From Bacilli bacterium (lineage in GTDB: Bacteria; Bacillota_I; Bacilli_A; RF39; UBA660), in NCBI GenBank assembly GCA_017461465.1, contig JAFTYN010000152.1, positions 1 to 49,237 of the forward strand: a stretch of 49,237 nucleotides of DNA, read 5' to 3'. Positions 25,636 through 35,082 of this stretch are shown here, piece by piece; positions within the stretch are counted from its first letter, which is position 1; every line of letters begins with the position of its first letter. A model generated the notes under the pieces. It made no database searches, was not told where the DNA came from, and was given only the letters and a program-made list of their open reading frames with translations. The position numbers and the translations under genes were made by a program.

Positions 25636-25666
25636 AAAAAAAAAGATAATAAAATAATTATCATCT
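25636..25666 (-). terminator. rho-independent terminator after metallophosphoesterase gene
   Basis: Minus strand reads AGATGATAA-TTATT-TTATTATCT (one G-U pair) followed by TTTTTTTT. Confidence 0.5.
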
Positions 25667-25667
25667 T

Positions 25668-26603
25668 TTATGTATAATATGATGAAGTTTTTACTAAAAC
25701 TTTACTATTTTCACTTCTATTAACATTTATATCATTAATTCCTATTGGAAAGAAACAATTTAATTTTTCTAAGAATAATGGAGCACATTCTTGTATCTTT
25801 ATTATTCCACTATTGATAACTATAGTAGTTTTATGACCATTTATATCTTTTTCAATTATTCCTCTAGCATTAATTGGAAATAACGTTTTAGAAGGAGAAA
25901 TAATACCACGATTACCTTTAAATATTTCATCTAAAAATGGTGGTATACAGCCATTATGCATATGACCACATAATACTAAATCAAATCCTTCAATATATTT
26001 AGTTACTTCCTCATTAGTTAAATATATAGGAGAATGACAAAGTAATATATTTACTTTACTACTACTTAATTTAGAAAGTCTATTTTTTTGTTCTTCTAAA
26101 ATGCGTAGCATCTTTTTTAAATCTTCTTTTCTATTCTCTGTATAATAATACTTAAATGGTAAAATTAAACCTTTTATATTAATATTGTCATCTTCATATA
26201 CTATTTTATTATTTAATATAACTAAGCCCGGAATATCCGCTATTTCTCTTATAAATCCTTCATTCCACTCTACCCTAAAACCATTTGAAGTGAAATAAGA
26301 GATATCATGATTTCCAATTGAAAAAAATACAGGTCTAACGCTTGCTAATTCTCTAAGCCAGTTTACTAAATGGTTTCTTTTTTCTCTATCAGTAACAAGA
26401 AAATTAGTACTATCAATTAAATCTCCAGATATACAAACATAATCAGGATTAGCTTCATCAATATTTCTTTTAATTATTTCTAATTTTGCATCATCATAAG
26501 AACTACAATAATGTAGATCGGCAAAATGTTTAATTCTAATATCTTTATCTATATTTGGTAAATCTAAATCTAATTTAGTAACTTTAATATGCTTATCTAC
26601 CAT
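25668..26603 (-). CDS. calcineurin-like metallophosphoesterase
   Basis: Motifs ADLHY, SGDLID, GNHD, CHSP and GHMHNG appear in the canonical order. Confidence 0.75.
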   Translation of the reverse strand: MVDKHIKVTKLDLDLPNIDKDIRIKHFADLHYCSSYDDAKLEIIKRNIDEANPDYVCISGDLIDSTNFLVTDREKRNHLVNWLRELASVRPVFFSIGNHDISYFTSNGFRVEWNEGFIREIADIPGLVILNNKIVYEDDNINIKGLILPFKYYYTENRKEDLKKMLRILEEQKNRLSKLSSSKVNILLCHSPIYLTNEEVTKYIEGFDLVLCGHMHNGCIPPFLDEIFKGNRGIISPSKTLFPINARGIIEKDINGHKTTIVINSGIIKIQECAPLFLEKLNCFFPIGINDINVNRSENSKVLVKTSSYYT

Positions 26604-26755
26604 AATGATCAGTCCTTCTTTAAGTGATTATTTTATTATAAATAAAATATAAAGTCAATTTTGTGCTCAATTTGCATTTTTTTTAATAATAATGTAAAAT
26701 GGAACCTGTCAAATGGCCAAAAATAGGCAAAAATAATTATTATAGAAATAAAATA

Positions 26756-26764
26756 TGCTATAAT
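26756..26764 (+). promoter_or_regulatory. extended -10 promoter (TGCTATAAT) for HD-domain gene
   Basis: TGCTATAAT lies 22 nt upstream of ATG 26787. RBS is GAGGTG. Confidence 0.45.
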
Positions 26765-26786
26765 GTAAGAGGTTTGAGGTGAATAC

Positions 26787-27299
26787 ATGGAAAATTTATT
26801 TGATGATAAAGAGTACTATGCATTAATAAAAGATATATTAAATGATGATAATTTTAAAAAGCTAAATAATATAGAACACCATGGCACAACAAGATTTGAA
26901 CACTCAATACGTGTTTCTTATTATTCATATTTAGCAAGTAAAAAATTTAAATTACATGATAAAGAAGTGGCAAGAGCAGGACTACTTCACGACTTTTTTA
27001 TGAGTTATGATGATAGAACTAAAAAAGAAAGACTTTTATCTACTTTTGTTCATCCTAAATATGCTGCTGCTAATGCTAACAAATACTTTGATATAAGTGA
27101 TATGGAATATGATATTATTAGAACTCATATGTTTCCACTTAATTTAGCAGTTCCTAAATATACTGAAAGTTGGATAGTTAGTGTAATCGATAAACTTATA
27201 GGATTTTATGAATTCTTTAATTCTTATAAGTTTAAATTAAGTTATGCTACTAATTACTTATATTTCTTTGTATTTTTAAATTTTTTAAGATTAAGATAA
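26787..27299 (+). CDS. HD-domain phosphohydrolase family protein
   Basis: RFEHSIRVSYYSY (His) and GLLHDFF (HD) motifs, with a hydrophobic C-terminus. Confidence 0.65.
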   Translation: MENLFDDKEYYALIKDILNDDNFKKLNNIEHHGTTRFEHSIRVSYYSYLASKKFKLHDKEVARAGLLHDFFMSYDDRTKKERLLSTFVHPKYAAANANKYFDISDMEYDIIRTHMFPLNLAVPKYTESWIVSVIDKLIGFYEFFNSYKFKLSYATNYLYFFVFLNFLRLR

Positions 27300-27300
27300 T

Positions 27301-27330
27301 AAAAAATGTAGAATATTTCTACATTTTTTT
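27301..27330. terminator. bidirectional terminator between convergent genes
   Basis: AAAAA-ATGTAGAA-TAT-TTCTACAT-TTTTTTT: perfect 8-bp stem flanked by an A-run and a T-run. Confidence 0.65.
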
Positions 27331-28342
27331 ATTGTTTAAATATATATTTTCTCCCTAGTGCCATAGGAACTACTTCTTTATTATCAATTCTATAGCCACT
27401 ATGATCGCTAAATAAATATCCTGCATATGATATACCATTTATAACTGGCTCATTACTTGTAGATGTTGTTGTTATATCTAAATAATAATACTGATTATCA
27501 AGTTTAACAAAATTCCATTCATGCGCACCATTATTTAAGCTTCCATTTATTAATAATGAATCAATACCAATATTTTGAAAAATTATTTGAGCTGCTCTTG
27601 CATATCCTGCACATACTGGTGATAATTCTAAGTTAAATGCAGAGTACGCAGACTGAGATATAGCCGGAAATGAATAATTATATTCATTTCTCTTTCCTAG
27701 CCATTCGTAAACATATTTTACTTTATCTACATCACTAAACTCTTTGGTAGCATCTTTTATTTCTTTAAGGAGTAATTTCATTTCTTTAATAGCAGCATTA
27801 TACTTTTCTTTATCTAAAACATAATTAAATTCTATCTCATATATATGTTTAGAAACTTCTCTATAAGATATGTACGCAAAATGGATTAACTCTGGATGAT
27901 CCATAAATATAGCATCATTTATTGTTATAAAATAATCAGCTGAAAAATAAGATTGCTTAAATCCTTTTTTTGTTAAATCTAAAGTCATTTTAGTATCATA
28001 ATTTTTAATTTTATCAATAACTTCTCTATATAATTTTTTCTCATCTTCGTCTAGTAAATAGTTGTATGTATGTTCATCTGAAATATATAATTCATTAATA
28101 TATTCTTTACTATTAACATCCATTTTAAGTTCTGATACTGGTGTTATATGACTTCTTTTAATATAATCTTTTATAAATATTGAACTTATAATTGATACTA
28201 TAATAAGTATTATTATAAAAGAAAATACCCATTTATGATTTCTTCTTTTTCTTTCTTTAATTTCTGCATTTCCATTACCATTATAATAACCACATTTCAT
28301 ACAATAATCTTTTATTTCAATATTACAATTCGGACATAGCAT
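27329..28342 (-). CDS. zinc-ribbon / TM / transglutaminase-like cysteine peptidase domain protein
   Basis: N-terminal CPNC...CMKC and a TM helix (WVFSFIIILIIVSIISSIFI). C-terminal core CAGYARAAQIIFQNIGI...AHEWNFV...YYLDIT gives a Cys-His-Asp triad. Confidence 0.65.
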   Translation of the reverse strand: MLCPNCNIEIKDYCMKCGYYNGNGNAEIKERKRRNHKWVFSFIIILIIVSIISSIFIKDYIKRSHITPVSELKMDVNSKEYINELYISDEHTYNYLLDEDEKKLYREVIDKIKNYDTKMTLDLTKKGFKQSYFSADYFITINDAIFMDHPELIHFAYISYREVSKHIYEIEFNYVLDKEKYNAAIKEMKLLLKEIKDATKEFSDVDKVKYVYEWLGKRNEYNYSFPAISQSAYSAFNLELSPVCAGYARAAQIIFQNIGIDSLLINGSLNNGAHEWNFVKLDNQYYYLDITTTSTSNEPVINGISYAGYLFSDHSGYRIDNKEVVPMALGRKYIFKQ

Positions 28343-28414
28343 AATATAAATTCCTCTTTACTTTAATTAAATTCACAAGATTTTTTAGCATATTATATAA
28401 TAATATTATATAAT

Positions 28415-28445
28415 AAAAAAGCAATAATGAATATTGCTTTTTTTA
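28415..28445 (-). terminator. terminator downstream of tRNA-Arg(CCU) (symmetrical, could act both ways)
   Basis: AAAAA-AAGCAATA-ATGAA-TATTGCTT-TTTTTT. Confidence 0.55.
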
Positions 28446-28451
28446 TTAATA

Positions 28452-28528
28452 TGGTGTTCTTGGGCAGAATTGAACTGCCGACCTATCGCTTAGGAGGCGA
28501 TTGCTCTATCCAACTGAGCTACAAGAAC
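28452..28528 (-). tRNA. tRNA-Arg (anticodon CCU)
   Basis: Reverse complement: GTTCTTGTAGCTCAGTTGGATAGAGCAATCGCCTCCTAAGCGATAGGTCGGCAGTTCAATTCTGCCCAAGAACACCA. It has a 7-bp acceptor stem, a D-arm GCTC/GAGC, anticodon stem ATCGC/GCGAT with loop CTCCTAA, a T-arm, and an encoded CCA. Confidence 0.9.
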
Positions 28529-28538
28529 GTCTATATAA

Positions 28539-28547
28539 ATTATAACA
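28539..28547 (-). promoter_or_regulatory. extended -10 promoter (TGTTATAAT) for tRNA-Arg(CCU)
   Basis: Minus strand reads TTTTATGTTATAATTTATATAGAC and is followed directly by the 5' end of the tRNA. Confidence 0.45.
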
Positions 28548-28552
28548 TAAAA

Positions 28553-28586
28553 TAAATAAAAAAATCTTCAAATTATTTGAAGATTT
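28553..28586 (-). terminator. rho-independent terminator after 28573..29376, overlapping its stop
   Basis: 11-bp stem AAATCTTCAAA/TTTGAAGATTT (28562..28586) followed on the minus strand by a T-run. Confidence 0.6.
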
Positions 28587-29376
28587 TATTTCCTAACTTT
28601 TTAAAATATTCTTTAATGCCAGTTTTTTCTTTTTTTGATTCTTTTCTATTTTTAGAATATGCTTTTGTTTTAAATTCTATTATAAAATATTTTTTATCTT
28701 CTGACATTTTTTTATTTATAGCGTAATCTCCCATGAAAGAGTCACTATCAGATTGCTCTAAAATTGCTATAGATAAGGCTCCTTGTAAGAAATCATAAGG
28801 TATACTATCACTTTCAGTAAATGGTTTGCCATCTTTTCTATAAACTAATAAATGCTCATGATCTAAACTTGGCATTACTTCATATAAAGAATCTTCTGAA
28901 CCAGAAAACTTAAATCCTTCTGAATCTGGCACAAGTGGTATAGGCATTTTTCTTTTTCCTTTTTTTAAATTAATTAATTCATAGTGATAAGAGTATTGAT
29001 AAGATAATAATTCATGTTCCAATACTAGATGTCTATTTTCAAACTTTTTAGCATCTGTCATATTATTATATTTATCTGCTATCTCATCTATTCTTTTACC
29101 TATTTCTTCTGCCCTTTTTGTTAATTCTTCTAAAGATAAATAACCTAATTCTTTATAATCAACTATCCAATCAAGAGAAGCAAAAAAATCAATTTCATGC
29201 TTCTTATCAAAACATACGAAATCCATTCTATTAGAATCATCAATAATTACTATATCAGTAAAAACTTGTTCAAATATTGAAGCTGGAATGGAATGTACAT
29301 GGCTATTCATCATTCCGATATCATTCATTTGAACATAAACTTTTTCTTTGCCGTCTTCTTTATTAAATATTTTCAT
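28573..29376 (-). CDS. hypothetical cytoplasmic protein (267 aa)
   Basis: Long ORF with no TM segment, a Lys-rich C-tail and no recognisable motif. Confidence 0.5.
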   Translation of the reverse strand: MKIFNKEDGKEKVYVQMNDIGMMNSHVHSIPASIFEQVFTDIVIIDDSNRMDFVCFDKKHEIDFFASLDWIVDYKELGYLSLEELTKRAEEIGKRIDEIADKYNNMTDAKKFENRHLVLEHELLSYQYSYHYELINLKKGKRKMPIPLVPDSEGFKFSGSEDSLYEVMPSLDHEHLLVYRKDGKPFTESDSIPYDFLQGALSIAILEQSDSDSFMGDYAINKKMSEDKKYFIIEFKTKAYSKNRKESKKEKTGIKEYFKKLGNKIFK

Positions 29377-29453
29377 AAAATTTCCTCCATTGGTATTTTA
29401 TTATAACACAAAATTTTAAATATGTTATAATTTTGAATAAGGAAGTGATATCT

Positions 29454-29927
29454 ATGAATTATAAAACTAACGTTATGAGAATTTTAGATAAAAATAAAAT
29501 TAATTATAAATCTTATTCTTATGCTGATACTGATGCAATAAGTGGAATGGAAGTCGCAACTATTCTTAATCAAAATCCTAATCAAGTTTTTAAAACGCTT
29601 GTTACTACTTCAAAATCTAAAAATAATTATGTTTTTGTCATTCCTGTTAATAAAGAACTTGATTTAAAAAAGGCAGCTATTAGTGTTAATGAAAAAAGTA
29701 TAGAAATGGTTAAATCTAAAGACTTACTAAATCTTACAGGTTATATTCATGGTGGATGTTCTCCTATCGGGATGAAAAAATATTTTACTACTACATTTGA
29801 TAAACAAATTAATGAATTTGACACTATTATTTTCAGTGCCGGGAAAATTGGTTATCAAGTTGAAATTAGTGTTAAGGATATATCAAATGTAATAAAATAT
29901 TCTATAAATGATATAACTTCTAATTAA
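29454..29927 (+). CDS. ybaK: Cys-tRNA(Pro)/Cys-tRNA(Cys) deacylase YbaK
   Basis: TNVMRILDKNKINYKSYSY, VFKTLV and the GGCSPIG motif; about 157 aa. The ORF-track start at 29433 is TTG. ATG 29454 follows AAGGAAGTGA, and TGTTATAAT lies at 29423..29431. Confidence 0.75.
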   Translation: MNYKTNVMRILDKNKINYKSYSYADTDAISGMEVATILNQNPNQVFKTLVTTSKSKNNYVFVIPVNKELDLKKAAISVNEKSIEMVKSKDLLNLTGYIHGGCSPIGMKKYFTTTFDKQINEFDTIIFSAGKIGYQVEISVKDISNVIKYSINDITSN

Positions 29928-29964
29928 CTTTATGATATAATTATAAGAGAATTGAGATGGTAAT

Positions 29965-30426
29965 ATGAAGAAAATAATTTTAGATGATGATGTTATAAAA
30001 AGTGATTTAGATTTATTTAATAGCAAATATTCTAGTTTACAGATAGCTATTGCTATTTTTGGAACTATACTTGTTGCGTTTGTAATTAGTCTTAAAACTT
30101 ACGTTAATTTTATTAGTTTAATTATTACTATTCTTGTAGTAATCATACTTGTTTTACTTTATTTAATTCTTGAATTTAAACGTAATGACTTAGTTGAAAA
30201 ATGGGAAGTTAAAACTGCTAAAATTATGTTAAAAGATAAATCAGAAGAAATAAAGAATTCTTATAAAGTGAATGTCAAAAACTATAAAAATAAAGTTAAA
30301 GTACTATACGAAGATTATCAAGATTTAAAAAATAATGATGAAGGATACGCTGTTGTTACTAAAAGAAAACATGCTAAAGCACTATTGTGGTATCCTAAAA
30401 GTAAATATGAATATAAAGAAAAATAA
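29965..30426 (+). CDS. hypothetical membrane protein (two adjacent TM helices)
   Basis: ORF with hydrophobic segments IAIAIFGTILVAFVISL and FISLIITILVVIILVLLYLIL. RBS GAGATGG lies upstream. Confidence 0.5.
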   Translation: MKKIILDDDVIKSDLDLFNSKYSSLQIAIAIFGTILVAFVISLKTYVNFISLIITILVVIILVLLYLILEFKRNDLVEKWEVKTAKIMLKDKSEEIKNSYKVNVKNYKNKVKVLYEDYQDLKNNDEGYAVVTKRKHAKALLWYPKSKYEYKEK

Positions 30427-30432
30427 AAAATG

Positions 30433-31029
30433 TTAAGCTACCTTAACATTTTTTTGTGTCTTACTATTAATATACTCTAATATTTCTTCTGACATATCTT
30501 CTGGAGTTTTACCAGATGCATATATAGTATGAGTAGCAAGATTACTATTACATCTACTACTTACTAAATGCCAGTTTAATTTTGATAAATCAGAATCTTC
30601 TGGAGCTTTTACTAATTTATTAATTATCTTCCATGAATCAAGCATATCTATATCAGGAAGAATTAAAATAATATTTTCAAATTTTTTAACTGCTTCAAAC
30701 ACACTATCAAATAAAGCTTGATCTTCATATACTGATTGTGTAGCTTCAAATTTTACTACACAAGCTTCTGTTAAATTATTTAAAAAATTAACAACATGAT
30801 GAGCTTCAAAAGGCTTAGAATATTGGTATCTAGCAAGTTCACCATTTTCTCTTTTTAATTTATTAGCATATTCTTTATCGTAATTTAGTTCACTATAATA
30901 CTTTTCTCTAGAACTTGCAAGTGAGACTAAAGGCATATTTGTTTTTTCGCTTAGAATTGTGCTGATTCTACCTTTTCCAACATGTGGTGGACCCATTATT
31001 AAAATGCTATTTGAATGCACACCATCCAT
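30433..31029 (-). CDS. P-loop NTPase / small-molecule kinase-like protein
   Basis: Walker A GPPHVGKGR near the N-terminus. At 198 aa its size resembles shikimate/adenylate-kinase-fold proteins. Specificity unknown. Confidence 0.5.
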   Translation of the reverse strand: MDGVHSNSILIMGPPHVGKGRISTILSEKTNMPLVSLASSREKYYSELNYDKEYANKLKRENGELARYQYSKPFEAHHVVNFLNNLTEACVVKFEATQSVYEDQALFDSVFEAVKKFENIILILPDIDMLDSWKIINKLVKAPEDSDLSKLNWHLVSSRCNSNLATHTIYASGKTPEDMSEEILEYINSKTQKNVKVA

Positions 31030-31124
31030 GATATCACCCCTACCATAACCTTAAATTAATTATAGCATAACTAATAAAAAATTGTATAGAAAAAAAGAAA
31101 TTTATTACAATTTCTTTTTATTTT

Positions 31125-31460
31125 CTAGTAATTATCCATACTTCCTAGATCATATATGTTCTTATAACCTAAAGAAAGTAACTCTTCTGCAGCCATATTG
31201 CTCCTATTTCCACTTCGGCAATAAACTATAATTTCAGTATCTTTATCATACTCTATTTTACTTATTTCAGTATAAGGTATATTAATAGCACCTTCTATAT
31301 GTTTTTCATTATATTCTTTTTTAGTTCTAACATCTATTAATACAGCTTCACTCTTAATAAGTTCTTTTGCTTTACTACCATTAATTTTAGTTATTTTAGC
31401 ATCACTACTGCATCCTGTTAGCATTAACAAACTTATAAATATAATAATTATCTTTTTCAT
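31125..31460 (-). CDS. rhodanese-domain lipoprotein
   Basis: Preferred start MKKIIIIFISLLMLTGC at 31460 (lipobox MLTGC; TAATG overlap with the permease stop). Active-site loop YCRSGNRS. Confidence 0.75.
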   Translation of the reverse strand: MKKIIIIFISLLMLTGCSSDAKITKINGSKAKELIKSEAVLIDVRTKKEYNEKHIEGAINIPYTEISKIEYDKDTEIIVYCRSGNRSNMAAEELLSLGYKNIYDLGSMDNY

Positions 31461-32791
31461 TATTTTTTCATCGCCTTTAACATTTTTTGCCATAAACCTG
31501 TAGATGAATAATTTAATATTCCTACTTTATATATTCTTAATCCATATTTAATTAATAAATATATACATCCAATCATTAGTACTATTGATATGCATACATC
31601 AAATACACCTATTTGACCTAATACTAATAAAGATGGTGATAAAATAGCAGATATTAGTGGTATATAAGATAACACTTTAATAAATAAAGCACCTTCAAAT
31701 GTACTCGCTAACATTGCTAAATAATATGAAGTTAATAATATTATAACTATTGGTGTTTGAAGATTTTGAAAGTCTTCTACATTTGTTGTCATACTTGCTA
31801 AAATACCTGCTAATAAAGAATAAGCTAGGAAAGTTAATAGCATAAGTATTAGTGTAAGTGGAATAATATAAATTAATTTATCAATAAATGAAGTTGCTAA
31901 TGCTTCTTTAAGCATACTACCTACACTTCCAAATACACCATTAGTTATATTATCTCCACCAATTAAATGTCTAATAAACATACCTAGAGCACCATATATA
32001 AATAATAAAACAGCCTGCAAAATAATAAACAAATTAGTCGCTATTATTTTAGAAAAGAAGTGCTTTGTTGGTGAAACACTAGATATAATTATTTCCATTC
32101 CTCTTGTAGCTTTTTCATCATTTATTTCACTACCTATCATTTGTACTAAGAAAATAATTAACATGAAAAATGGCAAGATTACAAGTGGAAATACACTAGT
32201 CATAACAACTTCCATACTTTCATCTTTACTTGTTTTAGTATCATCTATAATAATTCTTTCAACATCAATATTAGAATAAATATTATTTATTTCTTCTGGT
32301 GAAATATTAGATTTACTTATAGCAAGCATTACTTTTGTATTATATATAGAGTTTGATATAAACTGACTATCTAATATATCCATATATTCATATGATATAA
32401 GTTTTACAGATAACACTTTTTCTTCATCATTATCAAAAACAATATATAAATTATCTCTTTTTTCTTCATTCTCTAATTCTTTTTTTGCATCTTCTATAGT
32501 TCCTTCATAATTATTTAATAGATAATTCATATCTTCTTCTTTTTCAGCTTTTGTTATTAGCATTAACTGCTGTTTAAATAAATCATAAGAAACATCTGTA
32601 TTATCAATAATATAGATTTCTTGTTTTTTATCGAAGTCTCCTCCAAAGGCATTTATAATACTATCAATATTAGCAAGCGCTACTATAGCTACTAATAAAA
32701 TTATATTAACAATTTTGAACCATTTGGTATTTATTTTTCTTTTTAAACTCATCTCTATCAAAAAATTCAATTTACTCTTCATAGCTTTCAC
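31460..32791 (-). CDS. ABC-2 type transporter permease (NatB-like)
   Basis: N-terminal TM helix, a large extracytoplasmic loop and a C-terminal cluster of about 5 TM helices. It overlaps the upstream ATPase gene. Confidence 0.7.
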   Translation of the reverse strand: MKAMKSKLNFLIEMSLKRKINTKWFKIVNIILLVAIVALANIDSIINAFGGDFDKKQEIYIIDNTDVSYDLFKQQLMLITKAEKEEDMNYLLNNYEGTIEDAKKELENEEKRDNLYIVFDNDEEKVLSVKLISYEYMDILDSQFISNSIYNTKVMLAISKSNISPEEINNIYSNIDVERIIIDDTKTSKDESMEVVMTSVFPLVILPFFMLIIFLVQMIGSEINDEKATRGMEIIISSVSPTKHFFSKIIATNLFIILQAVLLFIYGALGMFIRHLIGGDNITNGVFGSVGSMLKEALATSFIDKLIYIIPLTLILMLLTFLAYSLLAGILASMTTNVEDFQNLQTPIVIILLTSYYLAMLASTFEGALFIKVLSYIPLISAILSPSLLVLGQIGVFDVCISIVLMIGCIYLLIKYGLRIYKVGILNYSSTGLWQKMLKAMKK

Positions 32792-33692
32792 CTACCTTTG
32801 TTACAAATATTTCATTAAGTGTTGGTTCTTCTATGCTATATTTAGTAATATTTTTTGACTTAGATATAAATTTAAATACATCTTTTGCAGCATCTATAGA
32901 TTCTATTTTAACTTCTAATTCATCTGCTTTTTCTAAAACAGAAACTACTCCTTTTATTTTGCTTATCTCCTCTATATCAACATCACCTTTTATAATGATA
33001 TTTTTCTTACGATAAGCTTCTTTTATTTTCTTTAAGTCCCCTTCTAAAACAGATTTACCATGCATTAAAACAACTAATTTTTTACAGAATAGTTCTACAT
33101 GTTCCATTCTATGTGAAGAAAATATAATCATACTTCCTTTAGACGCTAAAGCTTTTATTTCTTCCTTAAATAATTCAACATTAAATGGATCTAAACCTGA
33201 AAAAGGTTCATCTAATATTAATAATTTAGGATCATTTAATATTGCAATTATAAACTGTACTTTTTGTTGATTACCTTTTGATAATTCTTTTATTTTTTTA
33301 TTTTTAAACTTTTCTAGATCAAACTTATCTTCTCTTTTATAAAATTTAGTAAGTAAGCTATCTAATTTTTCTAAGATTTCTTTTTCTTGCATTCCTTTTA
33401 ATGTACCATAAAAAATAGCTTGCTCTTTAACAGTCAACTTAGTAAGTAAGCTTCTTTCTTCAGTAAGAAACCCTATTTTATCAGTAACACTATAATCTAT
33501 CTTTTTACCATCTAAAGTAATTGAACCTTTAGTTGAATCTAAAAGTCCCATTATCATTCTGAAAGTAGTTGTTTTACCTGCACCATTAACACCAAGTAAT
33601 CCAAAGATTTCTCCAGGTTTAACTTCAAAAGATAAATCATCTACTGCTAAAAATTTGTCGTAATATTTTGTAACATGATCTACTTTTAACAT
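32772..33692 (-). CDS. ABC transporter ATP-binding protein (NatA-like)
   Basis: Walker A GVNGAGKTT, signature LSKGNQQK, Walker B LLILDEP and H-loop SSHRM. Confidence 0.85.
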   Translation of the reverse strand: MLKVDHVTKYYDKFLAVDDLSFEVKPGEIFGLLGVNGAGKTTTFRMIMGLLDSTKGSITLDGKKIDYSVTDKIGFLTEERSLLTKLTVKEQAIFYGTLKGMQEKEILEKLDSLLTKFYKREDKFDLEKFKNKKIKELSKGNQQKVQFIIAILNDPKLLILDEPFSGLDPFNVELFKEEIKALASKGSMIIFSSHRMEHVELFCKKLVVLMHGKSVLEGDLKKIKEAYRKKNIIIKGDVDIEEISKIKGVVSVLEKADELEVKIESIDAAKDVFKFISKSKNITKYSIEEPTLNEIFVTKVGESYEE

Positions 33693-33701
33693 AATTTACT
33701 A

Positions 33702-34022
33702 CTATAACCAGATTGGACCGATTATACCTTTCCTTCTATTTTGCCTATATTCGTGAAAAAGTTTAGATAATGACTTACTAATATTATAGTAGTAGTCTAT
33801 ATCTAAATCCTTTTTATTTTTTACATAAAATTTAAAACCATAATCATCAATATATTTATATACAATCATATCTAAACTTTTTACTTTATATTTATTATCT
33901 ATATTTTTTAAAATATTTACTTTATAACTATCAATTATTTTTTTTGTAAATAAATCTTCTTTATAATCATAATTTATTATTTCATTATAATGTACTGCAT
34001 ACTTCAAAGTAGCATCTAACAT
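33702..34022 (-). CDS. hypothetical protein (106 aa)
   Basis: ORF packed 3 nt after rseP and 9 nt before the ABC ATPase gene. No recognisable motif. Confidence 0.45.
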   Translation of the reverse strand: MLDATLKYAVHYNEIINYDYKEDLFTKKIIDSYKVNILKNIDNKYKVKSLDMIVYKYIDDYGFKFYVKNKKDLDIDYYYNISKSLSKLFHEYRQNRRKGIIGPIWL

Positions 34023-34025
34023 TTA

Positions 34026-35069
34026 TTATCCTCCAAAAAATAATCTAACTATATCATTATAAGTAATTACTAACATTAGTCCAAGTAAGAAAATCATACC
34101 TACTGCATGAACTGCATTTTCAAATTTAGGACTTACTGGACTTCTTTTAACTTTTTCAACTAGTAAGAAGAATAATCTTCCACCATCAAATGCTGGTATT
34201 GGAAGTAAGTTCATAAAACCTACATTAGCACTTATATATCCTAGTAAAAATATAACATTTATAAATCCAGCTTGTGCAGTTTGATCTACAACTGAATAAA
34301 TTCCTACTGGACCTGATAAATTAGATAATGATAAGGCTCCTGTAAATAAATAACCTAATGTATAAGTCATTTGAACTATTAAACTCCATAATTTAGTAAA
34401 CGCATATTTTATTGATGGAATAATGCCTTTTTCTACTTCTGTAGTCATACCAAAACCAAATTTATAGCTTTCTATTTCGCCTTCTTTTATAAGTTTTGGT
34501 GACATTACTATATTATCAAGAGAACCATCTTCATGTTTTACAGTTAATCTTATTTCTTTATCACCATTAACCATAAGTTTTAGCATAAGCATATCTGCAT
34601 TTACATCTTTACCATTTAATTTAACAATTTCATCACCTGCTACTAAACCACTATTATATGCAGGTAAAGTTTCATCTAAATAGCTAACATAAGCATTTGG
34701 CTTTTGTGCTCCTGTAATAAGAGCAACAATAAAGAAAATTACTATAGCAAGAATAAAATTATTCATAACTCCTGCTACTATTGTCATAAATCTTTGTCCC
34801 CAAGTTTTATTTTGAAGTTGTCTATTTTTAGGAACATTTGGATCTACTTCAACTGATTCACCAGCCATACTAACAAATCCACCTATTGGAAATAATCTAA
34901 TTGAATATTCTGTTTCATCGTTTTTTCTTTTCCATTTTTTAATAATTGGTCCCATACCAATACTAAATTCATAACAATATATTCCTGCTCTTTTCGCAAA
35001 TATAAAATGTCCAAGTTCGTGAATAAAAACAGTGATACCTAGTATTAATATGAAATATATAATTGTCAT
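34026..35069 (-). CDS. rseP: RIP metalloprotease RseP/RasP (site-2 protease, M50)
   Basis: HELGHF in TM1, a central PDZ-like segment, and NLLPIPAFDGG in a C-terminal TM helix. Confidence 0.88.
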   Translation of the reverse strand: MTIIYFILILGITVFIHELGHFIFAKRAGIYCYEFSIGMGPIIKKWKRKNDETEYSIRLFPIGGFVSMAGESVEVDPNVPKNRQLQNKTWGQRFMTIVAGVMNNFILAIVIFFIVALITGAQKPNAYVSYLDETLPAYNSGLVAGDEIVKLNGKDVNADMLMLKLMVNGDKEIRLTVKHEDGSLDNIVMSPKLIKEGEIESYKFGFGMTTEVEKGIIPSIKYAFTKLWSLIVQMTYTLGYLFTGALSLSNLSGPVGIYSVVDQTAQAGFINVIFLLGYISANVGFMNLLPIPAFDGGRLFFLLVEKVKRSPVSPKFENAVHAVGMIFLLGLMLVITYNDIVRLFFGG

Positions 35070-35082
35070 TTTATCACCTTCT

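Noticed and set aside
4696-25664. FtsK-like translocase, VirB2-like hairpin proteins and cell-wall hydrolases together might indicate a Gram-positive conjugative element (ICE/T4SS).
   Set aside because: No relaxase, VirB4/TcpF ATPase, VirB6-like protein, integrase or repeat boundaries are present. The FtsK has a chromosomal-type gamma winged-helix domain and its own terminator. The region is interleaved with murD, a symporter and redox genes, and its composition looks uniform. The T4SS-pilin resemblance is kept only as a topology analogy.
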